DNA of 63,122 bases, the filler included, from Dirinaria sp. TL-2023a (taxonomy: Eukaryota), in assembly GCA_051941275.1 (NCBI GenBank). It is 8 parts of 8 records of this genome, joined end to end, with 100 filler letters (N's around TTAATTAATTAA, not from the genome) between each part and the next. Parts side by side here need not be neighbours in the genome. Positions count along the whole stretch, not along the records: positions 7,950 to 15,783 come from JAVEBF010001266.1; positions 15,884 to 23,690 come from JAVEBF010001267.1; 6 more parts are not named here. One strand, given 5' to 3'. A program made the position numbers and the translations under genes. Shown here piece after piece: positions 7,950 to 19,065 of this stretch. Under the pieces are notes generated by a model. It saw nothing but the letters and a program-made list of their open reading frames with translations. It was not told the DNA's origin and searched no databases. The stretch's first letter is position 1; each line of letters starts with the position of its first letter.

Positions 7950-10046
7950 ATGTATGTTTGATTTTACGCTTTAAATCTATTATTAATTATATCTCGAAAT
8001 ACTTTAGAATGCGATCATTTCTAATTAGTTTGAAGTAAAAAACATTGAATGACTCAATGCTCATTCTAAAATGATAATATTCATGATTGATTTTTTTTAT
8101 TGATTTTATCGTACACACTCTTCAATATTTTCAAAATCATTAAATAAATTCGAAAATATAGTTTTTTCGAAATACGATGTGCATTGATGTGAGTAACAGT
8201 TTCATCGTCAATGCGTTGCATAACATAAATTGTTTTAATTGTCTCTGAGACAAAATGATTCTCATTGAATATTAATTTGTCGATTATTTTGTTGAATCAA
8301 TTCTCATATATCGAGTTCTTGTCATCTATAAACATAGATGAGTCAGATATTTTGATTAATCGTTGTATATATGTTTGATTATTTGTTTGAGAGACATGAG
8401 ATATTTCGTTTTATAATATTTCGCGCTGTGCACGCGCTGCGTTAAGCTCTGCAATCAATCGTTCGTTTTCGATTTTTAGTTGATCGACACTCTACGATGC
8501 TTCGCGTTGAGCACGTGCGAGGACGAGTTCGACAGTCAGTCGTTCATTTTCGACTCTTAGTTGATCGACATCGATTTTTAATTGATTATTTTTCTCATTT
8601 AGACGAGTATTCTCGTTCTCAGCACGATCGTGTCTGAATTGCAATTTGATTCAATCGTTTCTTTATTTAATAATTTTTTCTCGAGCTATATTTTGACGTT
8701 TTTGTGCGTCAATGACAATGTCGTTTGCTGTATCGCAATTCGAGACTAATTTATTTTAGTTATTCACACAATAAAAAGCGATATCGCGTTCAATGCGTTT
8801 TATTTTTATCGAGTTCAACATTTTCGTCGAACGTCTGACAACTTAATATTGCAATTGAGAAACTATATAAATATTCTTCGACGTGTTTGCGTTTTCAAAC
8901 TCAAACGACGCATTATTTGATATTATCGACACGCGAAGTTTCTCTGTTCTTTTCAATAAATACTGTAATCGTTGTGCTGAGATTATTGTCAACTCGTCAG
9001 ACGTCTCAGACAGCAATTGTCGCGTCGACGTCTCTTTTTCTTTCTGCTCTTGAGTCGAAATCTAAATCTGTGTCTATGCTCTCTCGTTAACGTCTTTAGT
9101 CATTACTGTATCGTCAATCGTCGTACTTCTTTTTTATTACCTCGCGAAACAACGAGGATAAAAGATAAAATGTGTCAAAGACCCAACCTTGGTTAGATAG
9201 GTTTCCCAATGGTAAAAGTCCCGGCATGGCCAAAAGACTAACTAAACCAAGTCAAAGAACTTGGTGCCTATCTTATTATTTATGTTTCAGGATCGTAACA
9301 TTACCTCGATCCCTCGGCTTAGCTTCGTTCCGAAGCTAGCGTTGAGAGAATTGAGGAGATTCAAGATTCTGTAGAGGATGCTAGCTAATCAGAGTGACTC
9401 ATGACGCTTAGGAATCAATGCACGTCTATCGGAACAAGTAGTCGCCCCGAGCTTAGATAAGCTCTCAGCTGACAGACCTCGTCGAAAAACAATCCTTTAA
9501 GCGTTCGAGCTGAGATTCGAACTCAGAATCTTGCGACCGTGTTGACTTGATTTAATGTCAGAGACCCAACCTTGGTTAGATAGATTTCCCAATGGTAAAA
9601 GTCCCGGCATGGCCAAAAGACTAACTAAATCAAGTCAAAGGACTTGGTGCCTATCTTACTACTTATGTTTCAGGATCGTAACAAAATGTATAAACAACAG
9701 TGTTCAGTTCAATTGTAAATAACAACACAGATGTTGTTGCGATTGTTTGAAACTCGTAAAATTGCAAAACGAGATAAGAGGTTTGATGTTTTGTGTAATG
9801 TCAAGATCGATGTAGAAAATATGATCTATGTAGATGTTATCAACTAAATACACAAAGCATGAAAAAGAAAAAAAATCTATAAACTAAAATTAGACATAAT
9901 ATGAGTGTGTGAGTGTTGAACTCTGATCGGCCGAGTCTATCGTCACTTCGAATGCGTTAAACTCGATCAGGTCAAAACACAACATCACACACAAAAATCT
10001 CGTAGAAAATAAGCCGGATAATATCAGTGAGAACATGCTCGTAACA
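7950..10046 (-). mobile_element. Heavily degraded chromovirus relic (5' LTR about 9799-10046, leader, gag), related to the intact element
   Basis: Minus strand at about 8297-8365 reads KISDSSMFIDDKNSIYEN*, versus intact Gag KVPDPPVLTDGNDPTYINW. The LTR/leader junction TGACA-TTACACAAAACATCAAACC resembles TGACA-TTACACTAACTATCAACC. Confidence 0.75.
9173..9683 (-). mobile_element. 511-bp TRIM-like non-autonomous LTR element
   Basis: Two 128-bp direct repeats (9173-9300, 9556-9683; TGTCA...TAACA), 255-bp non-coding interior, 5-bp TSD AAATG (9168-9172, 9684-9688), minus-strand purine-rich tract GAGGGATCGAGGTAA next to the 3' LTR. Confidence 0.9.
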
Positions 10047-11048
10047 TGAAAAAGTTTTTAAAAATACTTTGAAAGATGTTTTGAAACAAATAATTACGAG
10101 ATGATGAAATGTTATATAAACAAATATGTGATGTCATTGTTGATATTATTTAATCATCGCGTTTTTACATTTAATCGTTGTATTTTCGTTTTTCGTAAAA
10201 TATATCAGACTTCATTTTCGTACTCATCAGAATCATATTTAGTCATTGTCGATGCGATATCTGATAATGTCAGAGTCATATCTAGTTATTGTAAGTGCGA
10301 TATTTGAAAATATTAGAGTCATATCTAGTCATTTGAGATGTGACGATCTCATATTTCGCAGTTTCAGAGTCAATTGTGAGATTGCATCTATAGAATCTAG
10401 AACTCTAGAAATTCTAGAAATTTTTATGTCATTGCGATACATTTTGATGCATACTTGCGATAATTTTTGTCTCAAAAATCTCGCGTTATTCTCGTGATTA
10501 TTGAATTAGGTTATCTGGTATATTAATAAATGAGGGGGTAGGTTCAAGGAAGGTTTGCACTATCCCAATTTGGTTAGCTTTGGCGCTAGCGGGCGCGTTC
10601 CATCCGCAGTGCCAGGTCACTGTAAGGTAAGGACCAAAAATTGTATATTTACGACCTGATTTTCGTGGGACTGCCTCGGGCAACCTACGCAGCGTGATGT
10701 CGTGATACTGTGTAGACACTTTAAATCTGTTGAAGTCTCTGCTCTTCCTTGCCTTCTCCGCGGACCGTCGAATATCCTCAATGATTTGCTATCTGGAAAC
10801 GCTGTCCTGGGCAAGTATCGCAAATGATAACTGGGGATAGCCCGTGGGTCTCCAAGCAGCGATTGGACATATTTGCTGGCAATGAAGCAAGTCAAGTTCT
10901 ACGACGCGCAATCGATACATGGATATTTAATTTGCTGATATGTACAAATCTCCACACCCGCTGGGGGTGTTGCATTATGGCCAGAGGTTTCATGCCTGCC
11001 TTGAAGCCCCTTTTGTACAGACAAATATTGCTTTGTTTAGCCAGCCAC

Positions 11049-12219
11049 CTATATTCCACGTTTCATCACGCTTCTAATGTCCCAAACCAGCAACCTTTCG
11101 TCCCATCCGCAACTAGCACACCAACCTTCTGCACCGAAAAGACACCAGTCCACTCCCATCACAAATTCTGTATGCCTTTCCATCCTCCCAGTCTCCTCTC
11201 CAAAGCCTCCCAGCATCAAATCTCCCCTCTCGTCCTTCACACTGTTACCGTCTGTCCATGCCCGGCAGGTCATGTCATAGCTCCCACTCAGTAACACATC
11301 GCTAAGGTGCGGGCTCCATGCTAGTTTTCTCACAGCGTAGTCATGACCCACGAAGATAGTCAACGGTCCGTTACCGGGAGCTCTGATGTCGAAAGTGCGG
11401 ATGTAGCGGTCTACCCCAGCGACAGCGACAACGCTGGAGCGGTATTTATTCCAGTCATGTGTTAAGGCTTCGGACGGTGGTGTCACAGCGGGATGTTGTT
11501 GGAGGCGGTTCAGGCCCAGACCTTGTGGGGTACGGTGCAGCGGAATGGTAAGGGTGAGGTGATTAGAAGCTGAAGATGGGGTTCGAAGGTCAAAAAGGCG
11601 AAAATGTGAGTCTGACGATACGGAAGACAGGATGGACGGTGAATGAGGTGAGAAGGCGGCACTGTACGTGCAGGAATGGGTTGGGAGTGTGAGCAGGGAG
11701 TCAGCCCGCTGAGGAGACCACTGCATGTTGGTGTAAGATCGAAACTCTACAGTCGCTCGGTTGACAAGGGGCTAGGCATACGATCTTGATTGAGCCATCC
11801 CATGAGCTAGAACAGAAGGTGTCCTTGGTGACCAAGTTCCAGTGGACCGCGAAGACCTCACGCTTATGCTCCTGCCATGACTGGATGGGGAACTCGTTGA
11901 GTGCTACATCAAAGAGCTTGATGGATCCATCCCCTGTTGCTACCACAACTTGATTCTCGTGGACTTCTGACCACGCGAGGTCATAGAGGGAGTCTTGAGT
12001 ATCAAACCTTAGCAAGTCGTGAGCGGCAGAAAAGAGCTGCGGACACCCAACGTACTGATTTTCTACGACAATACCCTTCGGCGTCAACCCAAGGATGTAC
12101 AGCCTGCCATTGCCAACCAGACCAAAATTGGCAGAAGATGCAACTGCTAGTCGAGAATCGAAGAATGGTGAGTATTTCACGGCATAGCCATTGAAGCTTT
12201 CAGTACGAAATTCGAGCAT
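11049..12219 (-). CDS. PEX7: Peroxisomal targeting signal 2 receptor (WD40), 3 exons
   Basis: MLEFRTESFNGYAVKYSPFFDSRLAVASSANFGLVGNGRL N-terminus, WD40 repeats (SSSWDG, SGSYDMT, HTEFV..DW), two GT-AG introns linking the ORF-track pieces. Confidence 0.93.
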
Positions 12220-12436
12220 TGTACTTGATGCGTTACCTGGAGCGCCAGCAGTACCGTTGAAGGCGCATGACATTAGTGCGTACCGCCCTCTACTACCAAA
12301 CTTACCTTGGATCTACGAGTACCTGGATGCAATCTCACATATGTAGATACTCATGTAGATTTAGACTACATTGATGACCCAAGTCAATTGCAGAAATTAC
12401 CTATTGCAAGTCCGCGGCCTTCTAATCACTAGACAG

Positions 12437-12484
12437 ATTTTTATTTTTTTATTTTTTTATTTTTTTATTTTTTTATTTTTTTAT
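12437..12484 (+). repeat. (ATTTTTT)n simple repeat
   Basis: Direct reading. Confidence 0.85.
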
Positions 12485-12827
12485 GTTTGGACAACACGAT
12501 AGGGTCGCCAGGTAGTTGATTAATCTATCAATTCTCTCAATTTAAAAAACATTGACCATGTTCAGATGTAAAATATCAAAATTTTAACATTTTGTTACTA
12601 GTTTTGCCTTCTCAAATCTCAATGGATATGCAATAGATAAAGACACAGTAGTCTTGTGCAGCACAAGGGGTACTTGGATCCTGGCCGAAAATCATGCTGT
12701 GCTTGAGGGTCAGCCAACACTTATTATCAATCGTTTTTGTAAATGAATATTCAGAAATCTTAAACAAGTTCTACGCCTTCGATCATATCATGAGTATATT
12801 GTAAACTTTGGTACATGCAATTAAGGA

Positions 12828-14354
12828 TCAATTCCACCAAAAACTGACGCTAAAGCTTGTGGTCAAGCTCCTCACATAATGCCACCACCCAACTGGAATA
12901 TAGAGACTTTCGCCTTCGCCGAGAATAGTCTCGACATATCTCGCTTCTTTGAATAGCGGAAAGTGTCGCCCAAGCTCATCCGCGTTACCTTCCACATCTA
13001 GTTCACTTGTATTGCTCATATCGACACCAGCCTCGCTGCCCATTGCGTAGAGCCTCTGAGTCTGGTCAGGGTGGTACAGTCGAACGTACTTTTTCCCAAC
13101 GACTTGACAGAGAATGTTGTGGTAAGGGTCTGTATGGAGGGGGGACACTGTGCCAGCTGGGCCAAGCCAGGCATTGAGAGTTGGCTCGGGAAGTTTAGGC
13201 GGAGGCGCTTTGCCAGCAGTTCCGTCAGCCACCGATTGCGGAGGCTCGCTGAAGCAGTAATCTGGAATAGAGATATCATTTCGTAATGACGGAATTTGAG
13301 AGAAAAGGTCATGTTGGGCTAGATAACCAATTTCATCCTTCCCGTGTGGTTGCAAGTTTGATCCCTTATACATCTGTTCTTCTCTATTTGCATCGGAATC
13401 GTTGGTGGCAGTTCTCTCCCCGCGGTTCTCCTGTAGCATGAACTCGTCCATGAATGCTCCAAAGCGGATGATCCTTTGACCCCATCCTTCATCAGTGTAG
13501 CTCCTCCCCACCTCCACCGGCACCAATCTTCTGCCCCCGAACGTCTTCTCTCTCAGATAAGTTGGACTCCGCCACGGCCTTTCATTCAATGCTGGCCAAT
13601 GCTCCAAAGCACCCTTGATAACCAGTGGGCCTTTGCTGTCTTGAAGGTGTCTCTCGAATGCTGAGATCGAAAGTCTTGTGGCCGACGACATTTGATGTTG
13701 GATAAAATCGGACTGGTGAAATCCTTTCATGTTAAGTGGGAAAGTATCCTTGTACTGAACTTCGTGCGTGAGAAGCTTCCGGCGCTTCTTGCGCAATTGT
13801 TCGTCTCCGTAGCCGTGCGGATAAATGTTCATACCCTGTTCTAAGTAGAGGCGTAGGTGGTCAATGATCGCATCGATCATATTCCTGCGACTGTCTGCAC
13901 CAGCCATAATGATAGCCATATCCAGCACGTTCACCGCCTCTTGCACCCAGTCTTCAAGTGGGTCATGCGAGTTCTTGCTCTTAAAACAATCATCATGGGG
14001 CCGCCCGCCCCCACCATTCTTACCTAGAGTGTCCACTAGAGTGTTCCTATCCTCAAAACGACTGTTCTCTGAGAGCGCACTACATATCCCATTTTGTATG
14101 CAATATATTGCATACACAAGACTCGCATCGGTGAAGAGCCGCCGCCAGCAATCAGGTACTTGGCTGTAGGGCCATGTGTAAAGCTTTGAGCGGGCAAGGC
14201 GGATCACGGACTCAGGATAGGTGGGGAGAGCCAGCAGTACAGACTTAGGACAGCCAAGCAGAGCATCATCGCTGGTTGGTGGTGCAAGGAGTGTTTCGAG
14301 TGAGCTTGCGAGACTGTCATTGAGATCCTGTGAGTGCATGAATCCCTCCGGCAT
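12828..14354 (-). CDS. JmjC-domain protein, JMJD5/KDM8-like
   Basis: RLVPVEVGRSYTDEGWGQ, GYLAQHDLF, LHTDPYHN (HxD), GWWHYVRSL..SVSFWW. Confidence 0.88.
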   Translation of the reverse strand: MPEGFMHSQDLNDSLASSLETLLAPPTSDDALLGCPKSVLLALPTYPESVIRLARSKLYTWPYSQVPDCWRRLFTDASLVYAIYCIQNGICSALSENSRFEDRNTLVDTLGKNGGGGRPHDDCFKSKNSHDPLEDWVQEAVNVLDMAIIMAGADSRRNMIDAIIDHLRLYLEQGMNIYPHGYGDEQLRKKRRKLLTHEVQYKDTFPLNMKGFHQSDFIQHQMSSATRLSISAFERHLQDSKGPLVIKGALEHWPALNERPWRSPTYLREKTFGGRRLVPVEVGRSYTDEGWGQRIIRFGAFMDEFMLQENRGERTATNDSDANREEQMYKGSNLQPHGKDEIGYLAQHDLFSQIPSLRNDISIPDYCFSEPPQSVADGTAGKAPPPKLPEPTLNAWLGPAGTVSPLHTDPYHNILCQVVGKKYVRLYHPDQTQRLYAMGSEAGVDMSNTSELDVEGNADELGRHFPLFKEARYVETILGEGESLYIPVGWWHYVRSLTTSFSVSFWWN

Positions 14355-14640
14355 CAAGTGTCCTTTGAAGCGTTCAAAGTATCGTATGATTCCGTAGTGG
14401 CTCTGTTACCCATTTTCTCGTATCCAAATACCTCCCGCCTTTTCGACGTCTTGATGCCTCCAAGGATGTTTTGTCTTAGGTTACAATAACACATTCCGCC
14501 TGCGGGAATGTCAAGATCGCATGCAGCATCAGCAGCACGATCGAAGTGACCTCAGGCAGGATCCATGACATCCGGGGTTAGCACAGGTTTAGTTCAGCTC
14601 ACCCCTCAGCGTTCGGGGTAAAGTAAGATAAGATAAGATA

Positions 14641-14778
14641 CTCGTATTCACCTACTTTCTTGGGAGGGTTAGGGTTAATCCCCACCAAAATTTCTACAAC
14701 CCTACTTGACTTTGGGTTATGAAGATCTTGGTGGTAAAACCCTAACCCTCCCAAGAAAGTAAAATAGGTGAATACGAG
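14641..14778. mobile_element. 138-bp foldback/MITE-like element
   Basis: CTCGTATTCACCTA/TAGGTGAATACGAG and ACTTTCTTGGGAGGGTTAGGGTT/AACCCTAACCCTCCCAAGAAAGT inverted arms. Confidence 0.7.
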
Positions 14779-14928
14779 AAAGGTACCATAGAAACAACCT
14801 CAGTGTCGAGCAAATTTTATGTTGGAAATTCTATGTGCTTATCTCCATGTCACGTGTCGAGTAGACTTACTCGATAATCACGTGTCGAGAAAGATTACTC
14901 GAAATAACGTGTCGAATAATATTATTCG

Positions 14929-15654
14929 TGTTATGGACCAAATGATGGGCCAAATATAGTGACATTACCTATAAGGTAGATAGTCAAAATAGCTAATAAT
15001 AATCGAGATGCCCTGGGAAATCTGAGTGCAATCGCCTGCTAAATAGATCATATCTATCTTAAAGAGTTTCGTCATAGACTCGAAAAATATGTGAAATCGA
15101 CATTGATGCGAAATGCGTCAAATGCATGATGCGAAGTCATAAAAGTAAACACTGAACCGATGCCAAAATACTGTTGCGTCTTCTACTATCAATCTAGGTT
15201 TCCAGGTATCTAATAAGAGATGCTAGAGTTTGATCTGTTGAAGAGATTCAGTTCAGGAGCAACGAGTGTCAACGTGATAGAGTAAGTATCACACAAAATA
15301 AGTACTTAGTACTTGTAACAGTAGTAGACAAGTTAACTGAGATTGAACACGATGTCAGAAGAGCGTCGTGTTGAAGATCTATATAGTAGTTCTTCTGCGC
15401 TAAATGATCAAGAGGTCTAAGCATCAGATTCTCTTGAACTACTTGAACTAATCAAGATGTCTAAGCATCAGGTCCTCTTGAACTACTTGAACTAATCACG
15501 TGATTATCAAGTTCAAGCGCCAAGAAGATGCGCCTCCTTGATCATGATGCGTCCCTGTTCCTCAGACTACCGCATAAAGGTAGGTCACAGCACAGGGTCG
15601 CAACAAATATTAATACTCAAAGTGCTAGTATCAAGTATGTGAAAAATTATAACA
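14929..15654. mobile_element. 726-bp solo LTR
   Basis: TGTTAT...ATAACA ends, 5-bp TSD ATTCG (14924-14928, 15655-15659), internal 44-bp tandem duplication at 15407-15494. Confidence 0.82.
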
Positions 15655-15884
15655 ATTCGACACGTGATCGATTTTTTATATATTATAAATGAGTCGGTCT
15701 CTTAATTTTTAAATAATAATTATGCGTTTTTTTTTTTTTTTTAATTCTTACTCGATTCAACATTCACAAGGGGTCTATGCGAGNNNNNNNNNNNNNNNNN
15801 NNNNNNNNNNNNNNNNNNNNNNNNNNNTTAATTAATTAANNNNNNNNNNNNNNNNNNNNNNNNNNNNNNNNNNNNNNNNNNNNG

Positions 15885-16265
15885 AGACTCAAGCAAGAGC
15901 TCGAAGATCTCAAGAATGACGACACTCTCCTGATCGCCGCACGGAAGACCCTTGATGGCTTTGATAGACTGCAGCAAGGCGCTTTCGATACACTTGACGG
16001 GTTGATGAAGGAGGCCGTGGGAAATTTGGTCAGTATCGAACATGTAAGTCTCGAGGGCAAAGTTGCTGCACGCGGAAAGCAGATGCCGTTTGTGATTATC
16101 ATTAAGGGGCAGTTCGGGCGCAAGAAGGACTTTGAATTCAGACTCGAGTGGGTGCCGTGGAGAGAGGGTGCAGATGACGCGTCGCTGTTCAAACGGTTGG
16201 GAGGGCTCGTAATGGGTTTCTTAAATGGAGAGGATTTAGGGGTGAGTAAGTTGAAGGAGGATTGA
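15885..16265 (+). CDS. 3' end of a hypothetical protein truncated by the contig edge
   Basis: The frame is open from the contig start (RLKQELEDLKNDD...) through to the stop at 16265. Confidence 0.55.
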   Translation, partial: RLKQELEDLKNDDTLLIAARKTLDGFDRLQQGAFDTLDGLMKEAVGNLVSIEHVSLEGKVAARGKQMPFVIIIKGQFGRKKDFEFRLEWVPWREGADDASLFKRLGGLVMGFLNGEDLGVSKLKED

Positions 16266-17093
16266 AGAAGTGAGGACAGAGCGGAGACAACAATCGAGAC
16301 CTCGAAGCCAAGAATATTTTGAAGGCCTGAGTGGCCCTTTCAATGGAGAGAAAATGGTTTCTACGTAGGTCTTGCCATCAGTGAGCGTCCTGACAAGCCT
16401 CAAGGTACAACGAGAATAACACGAACAGAATTTCCATCGCGGGTAAATCCTCAAACATGCCGTGCATCGATTGGTAAGAGGATCATGAGATTCCGTGAGA
16501 TTCAAAGAAGATTTTCGAGAAATTAACTTTCATTGAACCGGAGTCGATATGGTATTGAATGGTATATCTATGACGTTTCTTCTGTCGGCGCCGATACGAA
16601 GGTGGAATCGTCGTCATGCGACAATCTTCTTTGTCATGTCATTCTTCGCGGCAATTCATGCGTGCGCCATTTGGAATCCTGCTAGGAAGTCCGTTCTCGG
16701 TCAGTTGTTCATTGATCATCCTGTGAAGGAGGTAGATCAAAAATTCCCAAGCCCCGTGGGTGCGCCTCGAAAGAATTGAAGTCCGTGGCTTCGAAATGGT
16801 GCAGGATGCGGAACTAACTATCGTTCAGGTCAGCATAATCCATAGTTGATCATACGAACATCAATCTTACCTGCTGATGGATCAAAGGACATCAGTGCGC
16901 GGTCGCGAAAAGTGATCCTTCGGTGTTTTACCATATGCGCATACCTTTTTGCCTTGTAAGCACTACTTGTAAGCACTAAACAGTGTCCCTATAGCTACAT
17001 GCGCTGAAATAGGCGCTTTGTTCCATCTCTTTTCCTACATCTTGACAAAAGTGTCCGAAAATGCAAGCCAAACCCCCAGGCGGCCTTCTCAAG

Positions 17094-18045
17094 ATGTACT
17101 GCGTGCATGTGTTGTTTGTCATTGGAATTTCTTGCGTCACCAGTCTCTCGATTCCACTGAATGATACATCTCTGGTTAGCTCTCCTGGATTCAGCACCAA
17201 GATTGAGTTTGGCAACGAACCACTGAACCCTATCGGCGTGTATATCAATGCAATCGATGCCTTGAAAGAGTGGTCGAAAAATGCCTGGAATTCGGAGTTT
17301 AAAGGCACGATTGGTATGATAGACCCCCAATTTGGTATCGCCATTAGATGTGTGGAAATTGCCCAATCGATAAAAGGCCCTTCGATTCAAATGGACCACG
17401 TCTTACTAGGGCTTCAATCCGGCGTGGTGGCCATGGCAGAAAGGAATCAATTTCGAGAATTGGTTGTCTTTTTGCAATACAATGGAGTAGTCCGCGGCGT
17501 GGTTGAAATTACCCAGCGCCGCAGTTCCGATGTCGCGCAAGACTCTTTTTTCCAATAGTAGTGTACTCGAGCGCAGGATTGATAACACCAGCAGCCTGAC
17601 TAAGGATTCAGGCGAAGTATACGACCCAAATCCCAGATACCATTGGCTTTCCATAGACTGGCGTTTCGACGGTCGCACTATTCTTGCCTCGGAGATCTTC
17701 ACGACTATAATAGACGCCATGATTAGTACGACGTCTGAAAAGCCCGACGCCCAACGCCCATACATTTATGGCGTAAGCTCTTCGGGCAATACGGCGTTCA
17801 ACATACACACCTTGACATATGTTCCGCAAGGAGCACGAGAACTTACCAACGATCTGATCCGCGAATCGCTTTATTTAATCGCGCGTTTTATTTTCATCAA
17901 AGAGCGCAAATTCCTCGAAACAGAATTCACCGTCTTGAGTTTCAGGAAAAAGATAGCGGGGGGTTTCTTCATGAAGATTGGCGATGTCCGAGCAAATCAG
18001 ACGGTGCCCACTGCATTTGAGAGAAGAGACAGACGCGGAGGATGA
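17094..18045 (+). CDS. Putative secreted hypothetical protein, split by an apparent frameshift near 17546-17552
   Basis: Signal-peptide-like MYCVHVLFVIGISCVTSLSIP. Two overlapping ORFs change frame around a T run. Confidence 0.55.
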
Positions 18046-18943
18046 TTACGAGCTCAGAGATATAGATTGGCTGCGGGGGAGGTTGTCCTATCGCTGCAGC
18101 CTCTAACCGGTTGGTAAACTCCTGTCTGAATTGCGATACCCGCTCCCTCTATTATGACTCGGTGTGTCGTAGAGAAACCTGCCACAGCGCGTCTTGGCGT
18201 CCCTAGCTCTCAAAAAGCTCAACGATATTTGTAATTTAGCTTCGATGTCACTTGCTGTGCTTCACACAAGAGACCCGAAACAAGCATCCTTCTGTGTTGA
18301 TATTCTGGACACTTCTTCGCAACGGAACCTCGCGCGGCTTTGTCCGATGCTTTGATATCCGCTCAGATCTCGCCAGCTCGAGATGCAGTATCATATTTTC
18401 TGTATCTAGTCAAACGCTTACTGCTCTTTCTGGGCTTTCAGCTAAAGCTTAAGGAAAGTAGTTAGATAGATGCCGTATTTCAAAAGCCGCAAAGCATCAT
18501 CGTTAGTCGCTATGTTTGAGTCAAGTCGTTGCGAAAAGAACGGTCAAACGAAGCCCTGGAGCATCAATGAGGGACCTTTCACCCACGGATGGATCCCTTA
18601 TCTCCTAATGGGATCCTTGACAGATCAGAGTATCGAAACTCATCCGAGAAATTTTAGTAGGAGCATCACTACCGTCTCTGAGAGTAATCATGTTGATTAT
18701 CGTTGTCTTCTCAATGTTGACCAAGGCTGGGTCAGTGAGCGAATAATTCGCAGTTGCAAGAGAAGCAAGTGGATGCATCAGAAGATATCGCGGATTGCTT
18801 GAATCTCTGCGAACCTATGTCCCGTCAGAGCATTACTTCTCCATCAGACTCACGCATTCTAGCATGCTTATACAGACGTATAATTTCAAATCCATCTTAT
18901 CCTACTTTTGCAAGTTATCCATCTCCTAATCCCACTCACAAAA

Positions 18944-19065
18944 ATGACCTCCACAACTTGCCAAGCAACAGAACCCTACATCTGCACCGCAATCACCTAA
19001 CCTTACTTCGTCCGCTCTGAACGCCGTTGTGTGCTATTGCAAGGATTGCCGCGAGCTCTCGGTGA
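18944..19065 (+). pseudogene. Possible relic of a GFA/Mss4-like zinc protein
   Basis: LNAVVCYCKDCRELS resembles the GFA CxCxxCR motif and is followed by a GTGAG donor. The upstream ATG frame is interrupted by a stop. Confidence 0.35.

Noticed and set aside
9500..9585. An intact tRNA gene
   Set aside because: Only the T-arm is convincing. No good acceptor or anticodon stem is present.
14641..14778. Telomerase RNA template or a chromosome end
   Set aside because: There are fewer than two repeats per arm, they are symmetric within an inverted repeat, and they are internal to a contig.
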